NCBI GenBank assembly: GCA_052426225.1
Contig: JBNJNM010000013.1
Span: 1 to 64,000 of the forward strand
Reading direction: 5' to 3'
Length of the DNA stretch: 64,000 bases
Source: Zancudomyces culisetae HAW-14-8
Lineage: Eukaryota > Fungi > Kickxellomycota
Of the stretch, positions 38,330 to 49,965 are shown in pieces. The notes beneath the pieces were generated by a model. It did no database searches. It saw nothing but the letters and a program-made list of their open reading frames with translations, and was not told the DNA's origin. Every line of letters begins with the position of its first letter. Within the stretch, counting starts at the first letter, position 1. A program made the translations under genes and the position numbers.

Positions 38330-38809
38330 ATGTTCAAGTCATTATTAATCAGTGCTTTGCTCCTCGGTTCAACCTTAGCCAGTGCAGTAAACATGAGCGG
38401 TAACCAACAGAATCAAAATAATGATCTTACTAATTCCGAACACAACAAAAATCTCTCTGGCTGTGAATTTAATGATATGCATCGCCATCGTTGTTGCCGT
38501 GGTCGCTGCAAGGCCAAGAGAACAACTGTTAGATTGTACAAGGCTGCCGGTTTTGTTAATAGATACGAAAAGCGCAGTATCAGACGTGGAAAGTGCTACA
38601 ACACAAGAAAATTCGGATCAATCAAGGTCGGAAGGAAGAGTGGGTTGGATAAACCAGGAAAGGGAGTAATCTTGGTTTGCAAGGATACGGATTGTACCGG
38701 TAAATGTCAGATAGTTCGTAGATCATCAGCCAAGACTATTTCCAATATATCCGAAGTTGTAGGAAGAAGAGCTATTTCATTCGCTTGGCTCAGGGTTAGG
38801 AGAACCTAA
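38330..38809 (+). CDS. Small secreted, highly cationic 4-Cys beta/gamma-crystallin-like protein, paralogue D (159 aa)
   Basis: Signal peptide, N/Q-rich propeptide, VRLYKAAGF, KCYN, CKDTDCTGKC, SFAW. Confidence 0.9.
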   Translation: MFKSLLISALLLGSTLASAVNMSGNQQNQNNDLTNSEHNKNLSGCEFNDMHRHRCCRGRCKAKRTTVRLYKAAGFVNRYEKRSIRRGKCYNTRKFGSIKVGRKSGLDKPGKGVILVCKDTDCTGKCQIVRRSSAKTISNISEVVGRRAISFAWLRVRRT

Positions 38810-41170
38810 TTTATAGGTTATAGATTTCATTCATCCAAATAGGCCATTAAATGCATAGTACTTTAATTTTTGCTACAAACTTAAAAAAACGTTAACTGAG
38901 AAATGGGTTTTAAATAAAATCGTTTTATAATTAACTCAACTTGCGTTAAAATGGAGATCATGGTATACAAAAACGGATATGATAATATTTTTATAGTGAT
39001 TGGGTAGATTTTTTGTAATATAGGTATGAGTACTAGCCAGAGAAAGAGATAATTAAGTTAATGTTCTTTGGATAGTATTTAAAATATACATGTGATGGAT
39101 CTTGTTACAGAGCCAATGACAATACTATTGAAGTAGGATTTGGTGGGTAGCACTAGCATGTTTTGAATATCTTTGTACAAAAGATAAACAAATCCAGCAC
39201 CACTACTTATGCTCGCATTTCTAATAAACAGGTCAAAATCAAAGGGATTATCTCTGAGTTTTGAATCCGCTGAGAATGAGTATTCAGTTTTGAATACACA
39301 GATATTTAGATTATCACTATTGAGCTGTTGATAATAGATATCTAGTTTTTGAGGCCTGCTTCTTGAGAAGAGGCAATAGATTACGACAAATTAATTGCAA
39401 AAGAAAGTGCTTTTTATTTGAGTCAGAGGGCAGATTCTGGATATGCTACTGTGTTGACATTAATAAAATTACCGGTTTAAACGAATCTGTTTATTTCGTT
39501 GGTACACTCAATTAAAGATAAAAGTCTGCAGAGGTAGCTAAAATCTATATACACACGCCACTAGCTACTTATAGTTCTATATTATTTAATACAATAAAAT
39601 ATATTCACACCAATTATTCGATGTTCAAGATCCAATTTTCAGATTATTATGGGCAATAAAAAGGCAAGGTTTTTTGATCTGACTTGATCATTGTAAGAAA
39701 CCGTATAAATACAGAAAGTTGGGCAAAAAGTTGCAATCAGATCAAAAATACATAGAATGATTACAATCATACGACCTCGTTTTACAACGTTAGAAGTATT
39801 GATGTGAATACCCTCTGTATAAAAGAGCACTGGATAACACTTTTGCTAGGATCAACCAGACTTAAGTATGAATGAAAATTTTATCTTTATTTAATATTAA
39901 CAATAATTTCACCTACCAGAATGCAACTATGTGAGTACCATTTTATGTCTCTAATAGCATATTTAACTAATTACTCGTTTTTTTGACGATCTTACCATAG
40001 CAATACTAGGTTGTTAAAACTGGGTATACAGGTTTAAAAACTGTATACAAACCGATATTCATTTTTTCTATTTTTTTCCCAATATTTGAACTAGGCTGGG
40101 CATAATTGTATCTGTGTGTTTGCATAACAATACCAGATTTTAACTTTATTCGACTAAATATATTTCAATTTCAAAAATATTTACTTGGGTAACATTTGCC
40201 TATAAATAGTACAACTTGACCAAATAAAAACAGCGCTAGTAATTTTAATCGAACCTATACCAGTATATTCTTGGTTCGATGCCAATATTGTTACTTTGAG
40301 CTTGACGCATAGTTGTTCGGACTGAACAATCTAGTTTTTCTGCTACTAGTTTTTCCAGATTCTTAATCTAGTTAATTCATCTACTCTTTTCAAGGTCAAT
40401 TGTACCTGTCAAATAAAAAATTCAACTATATAACTCGGCTTGTGAAAACATCAATCTAAACGTATTTTTTAGTCTCATAAAATTAAGCTTCACAAGAATT
40501 ACTACTCCAAGGGAAATGTTTTACAACACCCTGCATCTCACTCGTTTTTCTAAAGATATGACAACTACACGAAAATTGTAGTATTCGCCTTATCTAAATT
40601 TATATTTATTACGAACCAACTCATATATATGATACCTGAAATAGTGGATTCATTGAACTATTTTAGAAGCAGGTTGAAAAAGAAGAATATAAAGCTAGTA
40701 TCAAATAATATTAGATATGTTCACAAATCAACATTTCCATATCTTACTGTACTAAATTTGATAGTGTTGAATATTGATTTAATAAAGATAAGGCTTGAAG
40801 GTTTTGTGTGATAAAGATTTACACTTCGCTTAGTACCAGAAAGTTTAAAATAATAATTAAATCATCCTGAGCAGAAGAAATACTGCTTTTCTTCAAACGA
40901 CACAACAATATAGCAATAGGCAAAACCCTGTAGAAAAATCGAGTAAATGAAATACCTGTACACAACATTATTAATTCTTAATGCTTTTATTTACTATTTG
41001 CGCGAATATATACATACATTCTAAAAAAAGGGAGCATATGATTGAAAAAAAGCAAAACTCATTAATTCTAATTTAAACAGTGTCGATTACTTGGATGCTA
41101 CCACCATCATAACCGCTTTCTCCGGTTAGTGACGATCTTGTCTGTGAACTATTCTGTGACAATGTCTGTA

Positions 41171-41731
41171 TTAATGTCTGTGTCCGTGTCCGTGTCCATG
41201 TCTGTGACCCCATCTGTGACGCCATCTGTGACCGTGTCTGTATCTGTGTCTTCTACCAAATCTATCAAAGTAAAAGCCATCATAGAATGGGTAGTATGAT
41301 GGGTATGTTTCTACACCAACAACTCCTACTCCACCAACGGCACCAGCTCCGTATGCAGTGTTGACAGCTCCAACTGCTCCAACTGCTCCAACGGCACCAG
41401 CATCATATGTAGTGCCAACAGTGCCAACAGTGCCAACAGCACCACTATCATATCCTGTTGCTACGGCTGCACCAGTTCCATAGGTAGTACCAACAGCTCC
41501 GACGGCCCCGACAGCACCAACGGCTCCAACTGTAACTGGTACTGCTACTGCGTATGCAACTGGGTAATCGTACCAGATTCCATTTCTCCAGTATCTGTGT
41601 CTGTGTCTGTATCCTCGGTGGCCGTGACCGTGGCGGCCTCCATGATGTCCTCCGTGACCACCGCTACGTTCTGCAATAGCGGTTCCAGCTGAAAGTGCTA
41701 ATACGGCTAGGGAAAGGGTTAATGATTTCAT
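41171..41731 (-). CDS. Secreted low-complexity block protein: His/Arg/Gly ends, Tyr-rich flanks, (GAV)n core (186 aa)
   Basis: Signal peptide, GC-rich coding island, AAAATG start, intact ORF. Confidence 0.9.
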   Translation of the reverse strand: MKSLTLSLAVLALSAGTAIAERSGGHGGHHGGRHGHGHRGYRHRHRYWRNGIWYDYPVAYAVAVPVTVGAVGAVGAVGAVGTTYGTGAAVATGYDSGAVGTVGTVGTTYDAGAVGAVGAVGAVNTAYGAGAVGGVGVVGVETYPSYYPFYDGFYFDRFGRRHRYRHGHRWRHRWGHRHGHGHGHRH

Positions 41732-43402
41732 TTTACTTTTTTTGAGTGGTTGATAATTTGAGGGTTAGGTTTGTCTGATAAAATGGTAAAGAAACTAATT
41801 CCTGTTATATAGTTTTTTTCTGCACTTTAGAATATCAAGATCCTAAACATACTACAACTATTGCTAATTTAGACTATGCTTTTGTTGTAAAGGAGTTGGG
41901 TTTGAGTGCTTCTAGGTTGAAATTTTTTTATAAACCACAACATCACCTTGATGGTTTATTGCGCTAATAACAAACCGTGAAAGTGTTATTTTTAGTACAA
42001 ACAATATTATGGTTATAGTACAGCCACGAAAATGCAGAACGTTTTGATTTTTTTTTGTTTAACAGCTAGCTATCGTTTTTAATATTTCTAAACATAAAAT
42101 AGAATGCACGCTCGTACAAACAGCTGAACACCAACATATTTGACAAATTTCAATTGAAGCATAGCTCTTGTAGAAGGTGAGCAAATGATAAAAGAAAAAT
42201 AATAAATAAAATGATAACAAGCATTCCGGAAAAAAGAAAAGAATTGAGGACAAATATTATTATTGGTTTTACAAAAGAAAAGCGTTCTAGCACTGTAAGT
42301 ACAATACAGTTATTGTAAATTTGCTTCAAACGAACAATAGGAACATATAGATAACAATACAATTAAATTTTTTTATTGTATATTTACAAAATATTGTTTT
42401 TCTGACTGAGTAATATTTATCTAGATATCAAAAAGTTCGTAAAAAAACAATCAACTAAACTAAGTTCATCGCACTTTCATTCCAACTTTCTAGAATACCC
42501 AGTACCTGAGGGATATTGGTTCAAGGGGAGTGGGACTACAATTAATGCTTTTCATAGCTAGGTAACAAGGTGAAAAGGACTTTGTTCAGAAACCTGCATG
42601 TGGAAGCCACTGCTTTAGCTCAAGAGGTCTTAGTATCCCGAATAATTCCAAAAAGTTGAAGGTTTAACTCCTCCCTCCAGAAGCTTATCTATGATTTTCC
42701 TGCAAAACTCACTATACTCGAAATACGTGTTAGTTAAAAAAAAGCTATAAAAATCTATAGATTCAGCAAGTAAATCATTTCCGTTTGCTACTCATTCACT
42801 GCAATTTTGGAAATTGCCCAATTATTTCTCTTGGTTTATATTTTGTTCAAAAGACCCAATAAATAAACACCAAATAAAAATTGAATAAAACAACTCAATA
42901 TAATATCAACCTAACTAATTCTCCTCTGTCTCTCTAGCAACTCCTTACCCACCGGGCGTTGGTTGAGTGATATTTTATACTCAAGATTGATCCAGATAAT
43001 AATCCTCGTTTGAAAGAATCTATCTAAGAATCTCGTTGTTTGCAGCTTGACTAAACATGAAATTTTGGATTCGCTATCCTTTCTGGTAGAGTAACTATAT
43101 TTTGTGACTCCTATTTAAGAGATAGAACCAACTACCCATCCTCTCAAGTTTCATGTACTTCAACTATTTTGAGGTTTGGAGTTGAAATCTTGAATGTGTT
43201 GTTACTGTGATATATTCCTGGCTGCTCTATTTTGTCATTTCTCATAACCACTAATTATTTGTCGCTCCTATTTCTGGAGTATTCCATTAAAAAATAATCT
43301 AAACAAATTAGCTGAACATTAGAAAGTTAATTGATTTGCTACTAAGGTTTATTATAATGGACTTTTCAAAACCTATAAACCAAAAAAAGATATTAAACAA
43401 AC

Positions 43403-46400
43403 TTAGTTGCTACAGTTAGAAATGCTCTGGCAAGAGAATGTTGGGTTGAAAACAGTGGCAGTGCCTTTGAATGGTGTCATAGCCAATGAAGTCATGTTAA
43501 AGTTGGAAACCTTGTATGTAGACTTGAGCGAGTTGTTGATAAATATTTGAAGCTGAGAGTTCTTGTAAACAATCTTGATGTCTTGCGAGTCGGCTCTTGT
43601 GAAAATATAGCTTCGTTTAACCAAAGCGTATTTACCCTTCTTGATGGAACTGATACCAGATGACAAACCAAATTGAGCTTCAACTACACCGTTAGGGCTG
43701 TAGTATCCGCTGTTGTCCATGAGCGCAACAAAGAAGTCAGTGGTAGCAGAGATGCTAGCAGTGAACTCAAAGTCACTTGTATCACATGGAATTGTAAGGG
43801 CCTGCTTGAAATCATAATCTTTGTTCTTGTTGGTGGAAGATACAATGATATTGGAGCCAACAGAAGTGGAATCACAGGTTGATGAGCTCGAACTGGTGAA
43901 GCTGGTTGATGATGACTCGGTTGATGATGGCTCGGTTGATGATGACTCGGTTGAGCTTGATTCTGTTGAGGATGATTCTGTTGAGGATGATTCTGCTGAT
44001 GATGATTCAGTTGATGATGACTCGGTTGAGCTTGATTCAGTTGAGGATGATTCTGCTGATGATGATTCAGTTGATGATGACTCGGTTGAGCTTGATTCTG
44101 TTGAGGATGATTCTGTTGATGAAGACTCGGTTGAGGATGATTCTGTTGATGAAGAATCGGTTGATGATGACTCGATTGATGAAGAATCGGTTGATGATGA
44201 CTCGGTTGATGATGACTCGGTTGATGATGACTCGGTTGATGATGACTCGGTTGAGCTTGATTCAGTTGAAGATGGCTCGGTTGATGAAAACTCGGTTGAG
44301 CTTGATTCTGTTGAGCTTGATTCAGTTGAGGATGGCTCGGTTGAGGATGATTCTGTTGATGATGACTCGGTTGAGGATGATTCGGTTGAGCTTGATTCAG
44401 TTGAAGATGGCTCGGTTGATGATGACTCTGTTGATGATGATTCTGTTGATGAAGAATCGGTTGAGCTTGACTCAGTTGATGATGAGTCAGTTGATGAAGA
44501 ATCGGTTGAGCTTGACTCAGTTGATGATGAGTCAGTTGATGAAGAATCGGTTGAGCTTGACTCAGTTGATGATGACTCAGTTGAGCTTGATTCAGTTGAA
44601 GATGGCTCGGTTGATGATGACTCTGTTGATGATGATTCTGTTGATGAAGAATCGGTTGAGCTTGACTCAGTTGATGATGAGTCAGTTGATGAAGAATCGG
44701 TTGAGCTTGACTCAGTTGATGATGAGTCAGTTGATGAAGAATCGGTTGAGCTTGACTCAGTTGATGATGACCCAGTTGATGAAGAATCGGTTGAGCTTGA
44801 CTCAGTTGATGATGACTCAGTTGATGAAGACTCGGTTGAGCTTGATTCTGTTGAGCTTGATTCAGTTGAGCTTGACTCAGTTGATGATGAGTCTGTTGAT
44901 GAAGAATCGGTTGAGCTTGACTCAGTTGATGATGACTCAGTTGATGAAGACTCGGTTGAGCTTGATTCTGTTGAGCTTGATTCAGTTGAGCTTGACTCAG
45001 TTGATGATGAGTCTGTTGATGAAGAATCGGTTGAGCTTGACTCAGTTGATGATGACTCAGTTGATGAAGACTCGGTTGAGCTTGATTCTGTTGAGCTTGA
45101 TTCAGTTGAGGATGGCTCGGTTGATGAAGAATCGGTTGATGAAGACTCGGTTGAGCTTGACTCAGTTGATGATGATTCTGTTGATGAAGAATCGGTTGAT
45201 GAAGACTCAGTTGAAGATGATTCTGTTGATGAAGAATCGGTTGATGATGACTCTGTTGAAGATGATTCTGTTGATGATGACTCTGTTGAGGATGATTCGG
45301 TTGATGATGATTCTGTTGATGAAGAATCGGTTGATGATGATTCTGTTGATGATGATTCTGTTGATGATGATTCTGTTGATGATGATTCTGTTGATGATGA
45401 CTCGGTTGATGATGACTCTGTTGATGATGAATCGGTTGATGATGACTCGGTTGATGAAGACTCAGTTGATGATGATTCAGTTGATGATGATTCTGTTGAT
45501 GATGACTCGGTTGATGATGACTCGGTTGATGATGACTCGGTTGATGATGATTCGGTTGATGATGACTCGGTTGATGATGGCTCGGTTGATGATGACTCAG
45601 TTGATGATGATTCAGTTGATGATGATTCAGTTGATGATGATTCTGTTGATGATGACTCGGTTGATGATGACTCGGTTGATGATGATTCGGTTGATGATGA
45701 CTCGGTTGATGATGGCTCGGTTGATGATGGCTCGGTTGATGAAGACTCGGTTGAGCTTGACTCAGTTGATGATGATTCTGTTGATGAAGAATCGGTTGAT
45801 GAAGACTCAGTTGAAGATGATTCTGTTGATGAAGAATCGGTTGATGAAGACTCGGTTGAGCTTGACTCAGTTGATGATGATTCTGTTGATGAAGAATCGG
45901 TTGATGAAGACTCAGTTGAAGATGATTCTGTTGATGAAGAATCGGTTGATGAAGAATCGGTTGATGATGGCTCGGTTGAGCTTGATTCAGTTGAGGATGA
46001 TTCTGTTGATGATGACTCTGTTGAGGATGATTCGGTTGAGCTTGATTCTGTTAAGGGTGATTCTGTTGAAGATGACTCTGTTGATGAAGACTCGGTTGAG
46101 CTTGACTCAGTTGATGATGAGTCTGTTGATGAAGAATCGGTTGAGCTTGACTCAGTTGATGAAGACTCGGTTGAGGATGGCTCGGTTGATGATGAGTCTG
46201 TTGATGAAGAATCGGTTGAGCTTGACTCAGTTGATGAAGACTCGGTTGAGGATGGCTCGGTTGATGATGATTCTGTTGATGATGATTCTGTTGATGATGA
46301 CTCAGTTGATGATGACTCAGTTGATGAAGACTCGGTTGAGCTTGACTCTGTTGATGAAGACTCGGTTGAGCTTGATTCAGTTGAAGATGGCTCGGTTGAT

Positions 46401-47155
46401 GAAGACTCGGTTGAGCTTGATTCAGTTGAGTTTGATTCTGTTGATGAAGAATCGGTTGAAGATGGCTCGGTTGAGGATGATTCTGTTGATGAAGAATCGG
46501 TTGATGAAGACTCGGTTGAGGATGATTCAGCTGATGATGATTCAGTTGATGATGGACTTACACAGGTAGATTCGTTACAGCTGTATGCCACATTTTGAAC
46601 CTTTGCTGAATCATTCTCAGCTCCAAATGCAAGCCAAACGGTTGGTGAATTTGTAAATGTGCTGACGTCATAATCACTTGAGGATAGTGTTAGTACTGGT
46701 GTACTGCTTCCTACCAACCCAATGTTGACACCTGAGCTATCGATTTGAACATATATTTTTTGAGTATCTGCCGCACCTGACATGACATCTTCTTCCTTGG
46801 AGTACACCGAAGATCCAATGTACCATGTTCCTGTATTTACACCAATCACACCTTCAATAACATCACTACCAGTGAGCAAAGTTTTTTGTGTGCTGATTGC
46901 AAAATAAATATCAGAAGTTTGATCAATATCAAACGTAACAAGGTAGTCTTGTGCTGGGCAAGTAACATCAATAGCATTGTCCCAGCTGTAATTGATAACT
47001 GAACTATCACCAGATCCCTGTATAATCTCTATTTGACTGATCGAGTCTGAACAGTTTACACTTCCAGCTCCACTTGAGGTAGATGCTCTCACTATCGGTG
47101 AAAGCAAGCTGGCTAATATCAATGATATGGATGCTGTATATGCTTGTGGTCTCAT
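43403..47155 (-). CDS. Secreted mucin/adhesin-like protein (1250 aa): globular domain, ~175 (E/D)SSST repeats, related globular domain
   Basis: Signal peptide, Cys-bounded beta-rich terminal domains, long Ser/Thr stalk, no obvious GPI or TM tail. Confidence 0.93.
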   Translation of the reverse strand: MRPQAYTASISLILASLLSPIVRASTSSGAGSVNCSDSISQIEIIQGSGDSSVINYSWDNAIDVTCPAQDYLVTFDIDQTSDIYFAISTQKTLLTGSDVIEGVIGVNTGTWYIGSSVYSKEEDVMSGAADTQKIYVQIDSSGVNIGLVGSSTPVLTLSSSDYDVSTFTNSPTVWLAFGAENDSAKVQNVAYSCNESTCVSPSSTESSSAESSSTESSSTDSSSTESSSTEPSSTDSSSTESNSTESSSTESSSTEPSSTESSSTESSSTESSSTESSSTESSSTESSSTESSSTESSSTEPSSTESSSTESSSTDSSSTDSSSTEPSSTESSSTESSSTDSSSTDSSSTESSSTESSSTESSSTESPLTESSSTESSSTESSSTESSSTESSSTEPSSTDSSSTDSSSTESSSTESSSTDSSSTESSSTESSSTESSSTDSSSTESSSTESSSTDSSSTESSSTESSSTESSSTEPSSTEPSSTESSSTESSSTESSSTESSSTESSSTESSSTESSSTESSSTEPSSTESSSTESSSTESSSTESSSTESSSTESSSTESSSTESSSTESSSTDSSSTESSSTESSSTESSSTESSSTESSSTESSSTDSSSTESSSTESSSTESSSTESSSTESSSTDSSSTESSSTESSSTDSSSTESSSTESSSTESSSTDSSSTEPSSTESSSTESSSTESSSTESSSTESSSTDSSSTDSSSTESSSTESSSTESSSTESSSTESSSTESSSTDSSSTDSSSTESSSTESSSTESSSTESSSTESSSTESSSTDSSSTGSSSTESSSTDSSSTDSSSTESSSTDSSSTDSSSTESSSTDSSSTESSSTESSSTEPSSTESSSTESSSTESSSTDSSSTDSSSTESSSTDSSSTDSSSTESSSTDSSSTESSSTESSSTEPSSTESSSTESSSTESSSTESSSTEPSSTESSSTESSSTEFSSTEPSSTESSSTESSSTESSSTESSSTESSSTDSSSIESSSTDSSSTESSSTESSSTESSSTESSSTESSSTESSSAESSSTESSSTESSSTESSSAESSSTESSSTESSSTESSSTEPSSTESSSTSFTSSSSSTCDSTSVGSNIIVSSTNKNKDYDFKQALTIPCDTSDFEFTASISATTDFFVALMDNSGYYSPNGVVEAQFGLSSGISSIKKGKYALVKRSYIFTRADSQDIKIVYKNSQLQIFINNSLKSTYKVSNFNMTSLAMTPFKGTATVFNPTFSCQSISNCSN
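43907..46553. repeat. Coding 15-bp minisatellite (about 175 units) with higher-order duplications
   Basis: Units such as gttgatgatgactcg / gttgagcttgattca; near-identical 120-bp blocks at ~44780-45100. Confidence 0.97.
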
Positions 47156-48578
47156 TTTTATTGAAGCCTCTGGTTGAAGTATAGAAAGTTACTTATTCGT
47201 AATGAATGTAAAATGACTATGAATTTTGATTGTCTATTCTGGTAAATAGTAATGGTTTATATACAAATCTCCTCCATTTTTTTTCGGTCTATTAACCCTA
47301 TACATCAACTCCAATTTAGTGTTCTAATTTTAAATAAAGTTTATAAATATAACGCTCTTCAGCTCTTTTTCACGATATCTTTAGCATCATCTATTTATAG
47401 TTTTGAAGATATAGAGCAATTATGTTAACATTGAAAGTTTTTTTGTAAGGTAGAGGGAAAAGGCGATTTATAATTTAATCGAAAAATATATTGGAATTAT
47501 GGCATTTTGAATCCAAAAAGTTTTTTTTTATTTTGATCAAAGAGGGCAAAAAAATAGCGAATGAATCATTAGCATTTACACAATGTCTTGTTTCACTCAT
47601 AGTGGATGTATTACGATCATTTTCTTATAACAATGCATATTTGCTTTAATTTTATGTAGACCTACTGATTCTATTTCTAGATTATAATTTTATAACAATG
47701 TCGCTAAAACTATCATGAGGTAGCACCTCTACCACGTAAATACGTGATACCAGACCAAAAACAACAATCCGTCTGTTTTACTCTGAAAATCTTAAGATCG
47801 GGCAAACATTTGGATTCAACTTTTAAGGCTTTTACTATCAACCATGTAACTATAAATTCACTGGTGTTTTTAAACATGCTAATAACTTATTAATCTTTTG
47901 AAAGATCGTTTTCAACTTTTCTGGCTACAAACTCCTCATTGACCTATAGTACATGGTTAAAAATTAGTAGTTTAAACAAAAATAGAACCTCGGGATGTAA
48001 CTACTTGAAGTAATGTTAAAAATCATAGAATTTGCTCTATTTTTGGCCTCTAACAACCACTTATCTAAGCTATTTTGTAAAATGAAATATGCATAGCGAA
48101 CAAAATTTTAACAAAATAGACGTTTTTTTATGCCAACTAGTCGTAATTGCTTGGAGTAATTTTTTATAAATCTGAGTCTTTAATCCTGTTCTGAATTACA
48201 ATATGTTATATATTTTCATAAAACTTTTTAATTAAAAAATAAGCTAATAGTTGTAATTGTTATAAATCTTAATCCAAATACAATTAAATGTATTCTCCAC
48301 TGAATTTCATCATTTTCATCAAATAATTTCAACTTTGGAAACCTAGCATATCCATAGTTCAATAACCCCAAAAATAAATAGATTCGTTCGCTAATTTTTA
48401 CGGAACCTACTTTGGAACCTAAAATATTGTATAAGGATTTTGAATAAATTAGCACATTATTAGGTAAAACTAAAATTCAGAAACCCACCAAATATAAAAT
48501 GCTATACATATTAATAGATATTCAACATTATAGGAAGAACAATAAATCTCTATTGAAAACTACCAGGTTCACGACCAA

Positions 48579-49965
48579 TCAGACTAAGGAGTTAGTGGGA
48601 TGGCTTTCGGGTTTCCTATTCATAAACATTGTAGATAAACTAGGGCAATTAGAGAAAAGAGTGGTGATGGCAGAGTGATCAGTAGACCTTACAAATGAAA
48701 GGTTTGGTGTGTGTAGGTTTTTGCATGTTGGAAGAGTAACTGTCGGTGGTGTTTTCAGTTGAGAATTGTTTGTGCCTGTGTTATTTTTACCTTTGCTGCT
48801 ATTATTATCCTCGTCTGTACTGAAAAGAAAAGTACCAGAAAAGGCAGAAAGGCCATTGTTACTTAAAAATTGATCCGCAGAGTGTAGACTCAAATATTGC
48901 AGAGTAGAGCCAGAATGCCTGAGACTGGAAATTAAAGCATTGTCACCAAGATCGTAAACTCCACCCAAATCCAAATGAACGAGTGAAAAACCGCTTAATT
49001 CGTTTTCCACTAGCAGAATCATAAAATCTCAATAACCCATTCGCATCTATTTTTGTGCAGTCATACAACACTAGGTCTGTTCTTTGTTCCTGCGTTGGTG
49101 TTAAGAAGAGCTGAAGTGTGTCGTTATCCAAAAGCCGATATTTACTAATAATCCTACACACTTTATTCATGGCATCTGAAGAGATATCTTCAAATGAAGT
49201 GAAATCCTTTATATGTTTCCCAATTACTCGAACACATAAATCCTGCAAACTGGGAATACCCAAATCTATCTCTAATAACCCGTCTTCAGTTTTCACCACC
49301 TTCTTTTTCCGCGTTGTCTTTTTCATTCCAGTTCCGTTGTTTATCTTTGCTGTATTTGTGGCTGCTCTTACATTTTTTCTAAGCTGTGACACAGAACTGA
49401 CTGACACGCCTTGTTTTTTTAACTCGCGATTTTGTTTCGCTTGTTCATATTTTTTCATGTATTTGTCACAGGTTGGACATAGTATCCTTCCTTTACCATT
49501 ATCATCCATTGACCCTTTCCGTACCAAGAATTTGGCTTTACACATTGAACAATACTCAGCGCGACCACCCTTTCTCGCTGAACTGGTGTTCAACCCTTCA
49601 TTATCTCTGTTTGAGGATTCAATTACAAGTCTTTTTTTTCTTTTGTTTCCTTCCACATCGCTTTCGTAGTCTTTTCCCTTGGATTTGCTCCCCTTTAGAT
49701 CAATCTTGATTTTCTTGTTTTTACTTTTACTGTTGCTACTACGGGTTACTCTCTTTCCAATACTTGACTCCTCTACACCCTCTTCACCACTGGTTTCCTC
49801 ACTTTCTATGACATTTTGCTCCTGGTCTTCCTCCCCTTCGCTCTCATTGTTACTTTCTTGTATTTGTTGGATTTCTTCATTTTGACCTTCGCCTCCTTCT
49901 TCCAAATCGCTATTACTTGCTTGAAACCTTTCTCGAATGTTTTCATTTGTGATTCCCTAATTCCT
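48579..49965 (-). pseudogene. RAD7: RAD7-like nucleotide-excision-repair LRR protein, fragmentary and frameshifted
   Basis: GITNENIRER N-terminal motif, CxxC...CxxC, PSLQDLCVRVIGKHI...LYDCTKID, then a frame change at ~49020 jumping to late LRRs (RHSGSTLQYLSL, LSFVR). No clear first exon. Confidence 0.7.

Noticed and set aside
43907-46553. Regular repeat array considered as CRISPR-like
   Set aside because: Tandem units with no unique spacers, in-frame coding, eukaryotic context, no cas genes.
43821-46598. 925-aa and 887-aa plus-strand ORFs (DDDSV / MMTRL repeats)
   Set aside because: Antisense shadows of the 15-bp coding repeat. The minus-strand frame has the signal peptide and flanking domains.
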